From the NCBI RefSeq assembly GCF_009834535.1, contig NC_045697.1, forward strand, positions 18,974,001 through 19,038,000: 64,000 nucleotides of DNA. Direction: 5' to 3'. A program made the translations under genes and the position numbers. This document shows positions 62,667 to 64,000 of this stretch, in pieces. Within the stretch, counting starts at the first letter, position 1; every line of letters begins with the position of its first letter. This DNA comes from Camelus ferus. Lineage: Eukaryota. Below the pieces are notes generated by a model. The model ran no database searches, had not been told where the DNA came from, and saw only the letters and a program-made list of their open reading frames with translations.

Positions 62667-62839
62667 GTCAGCTAATCTAATTCACTCATTTTACTGATGA
62701 GGAAACTTGCTAGGTTTGGAGTAATAACTTACTCGTTCAGTGTCACCCAGTTATTTCACCCACTAGGTTGATTTGTGGAAGTCCAAAAATAAGAATATTT
62801 TGACAGAAAAAAATGTAAATGCTTCAGTTCACTCAATTT

Positions 62840-64000
62840 TTTTCATTTAAATCAACTTTATTAAGGTATAATTTATATACAATAAAATGTGTACATTTTA
62901 ATTATACTGTTCTATAAAGTTTGACAAATGTAGACACCCACGTCACCACCACCACAGTCGAGGTGTTGAACATTTCCATCGCCTGAAACAATTCTCTTTA
63001 TGCCTCTTCCCATCTGATCTTCCATATACACATTCACTCCGAACAGCCATTGATCTGCTGTGTCCCTAAACATTTGATTGGTCTTTATTCTAGAGTTTCG
63101 TGTAAATGGAATCATATATGTACCCTTTTGTGTCTGATTTCTTTTGCTTAGCATAATCTGAGATTCAGCCATGGTTTTGTGCGATTCATTTTCCATTCCT
63201 TTTTATTACTCAGTAGTCTTTCATGCAATTTGTTTATCCATCATTGTTAGCAGCCATCCATGTTGTTCTCACATTTTGGTGTATTATGGATGGCTACTAT
63301 AAACGTGTGTACAAGCCTTCATGTGGACGTATATCTTTATTTCTTTTGGGTAAATACCCAGGGGTAGAATTGCTGAGTCATATGTAAGCACAAGTTTAAC
63401 TATCTAAGAAACCTCCAGACTCTTTTCTGAAGTTATTCTCCATTTTACGTTCCCATTAGCAATGTAATAAGAGTTCCAGTTGCTCCAAATCCTAGTATTT
63501 GGTATTACCATGTTAGTCATTCAAAAGGTGGTTTAATTTGCATTTCCCTAATTATGAATGATGTAGAGCATCTTTTTATGTTTATTTGCCATTTGTACAT
63601 ATTCTTTTGTAAAGTGTCTAAGTCTTCTTCCCCTTTTTAATCAATTACTTGAAGTTGTAAGAATTATTTATTCTGGATACATTTCTGGTTTGTAAAATTT
63701 TTCTCCCAGCCTCTGGCTCGTCTTTTAATTTTCTTAACTATCTTTAAAGAGCAAAAGTTTTTATTTTGTTGAATCATTTAGCCTTTTTTTAATGGTTCTT
63801 TGTGTGTGTGTGTCTGTCCTATCTAAGAAATTTTTGTATAACTCAAGGTTACAAACAAATTTTTTTTCCTCTCCTTTTAGAAACTTTATAGTTTTAGCTC
63901 TTACCTTTCGCCCTATGTTTGTTGTTGTTGTTGTTGTTGTTGTTTTAGTTAACTTTTGTGTGTGGTACAAATTGAAGTGTTATTGGTCACATTTTTGCAT
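62840..64000 (-). mobile_element. L1 (L1MB-like) 3' end, runs off the window
   Basis: actttattaaggtataatttatatacaataaaatg...taaatggaatcata...tttaatttgcatttccctaa. Confidence 0.85.
63921..63944. repeat. (GTT)8 microsatellite
   Basis: Directly visible. Confidence 0.9.

Overview
Mammalian genomic DNA, almost certainly from a camelid (camel, alpaca or llama), because it carries two tRNA-derived Vic-1-type SINEs with target-site duplications. The window holds the 3' half of TBC1D19 on the + strand. Ten GT-AG coding exons (7311-7385, 10992-11054, 24632-24716, 27369-27413, 41575-41607, 45093-45202, 47373-47464, 52650-52765, 57388-57458, 58480-58554) splice in frame to 254 aa ending ...[11 protein letters not shown], followed by a 3' UTR with several AATAAA signals. 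The 5' exons lie outside the window. Most of the rest is decayed interspersed repeats (L1, L2, MIR, CR1/L3, MaLR/ERVL LTRs, hAT and Tigger DNA transposons) and microsatellites. None of the supplied six-frame ORFs is a credible standalone gene. I found no clearly novel biological system. The best leads are the non-canonical TBC catalytic motifs, one CpG-rich exon beside a CTCF-like site, several candidate cryptic or recursive splice elements, and an apparent poly(A)-only retro-insertion. Repeat family names come from recognising consensus sequences by eye, and their boundaries are approximate.
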